Shown here piece after piece: positions 63,890-64,000 of a stretch of 64,000 bases of DNA (within the stretch, counting starts at the first letter, position 1; each line of letters begins with the position of its first letter). Origin of the DNA: Chara braunii (lineage: Eukaryota > Plantae > Charophyceae); NCBI GenBank assembly GCA_003427395.1, contig BFEA01000027.1, positions 838,550-902,549 of the forward strand. The letters run 5' to 3'. The position numbers and the translations under genes are program-made. The notes under the pieces were generated by a model, which did not search any database, had not been told where the DNA came from, and was given only the letters and a program-made list of their open reading frames with translations.

Positions 63890-64000
63890 AAGGTGACTGC
63901 TTTTCACCTAACCACTCAAGGTGACTGCTTTACCTAACCACTCAAGGTGACTGCTTTACCTAACCACTCAAGGTGATTGCTTTTTACCTAACCACTCCAG
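63890..64000. repeat. ~26 bp tandem repeat (aaggtgactgctttacctaaccactc), 4 copies, running off the window
   Basis: Direct inspection. Confidence 0.92.

Overview
Repeat-dense eukaryotic genomic DNA with three assembly gaps. It probably comes from a streptophyte green plant or alga, judging by the plant-type U6, the tRNA-iMet primer site, a plastid trnG-UCC intron fragment and a PPH1-like exon. The repeat style suggests a Chara-like charophyte, but this is inference only. About 1-43 kb is a nest of decayed retroelements: several L1/Tx1-type LINE fragments, a composite tRNA-headed poly(A) retroposon, and two divergent Ty3/Gypsy copies in opposite orientations. In both Gypsy copies pol stops after RNase H, and the integrase is a separate ORF with an N-terminal PHD finger. 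The + copy carries two further 3' ORFs. About 43.5-64 kb appears to be the 5' part of one host gene: a PP2C phosphatase exon resembling PPH1/TAP38 at 57.6-58.2 kb, flanked by very long introns. These introns hold a cluster of poly(A)-tailed U6 snRNA retrocopies (one folded into a near-perfect hairpin), a plastid DNA insertion, MITEs, tRNA-derived heads, and an inverted array of minimal hammerhead-ribozyme-like cores. The best candidates for novelty are the PHD-integrase polycistronic Gypsy lineage and the U6-derived retro-repeat cluster. All calls are by eye; no searches were run.
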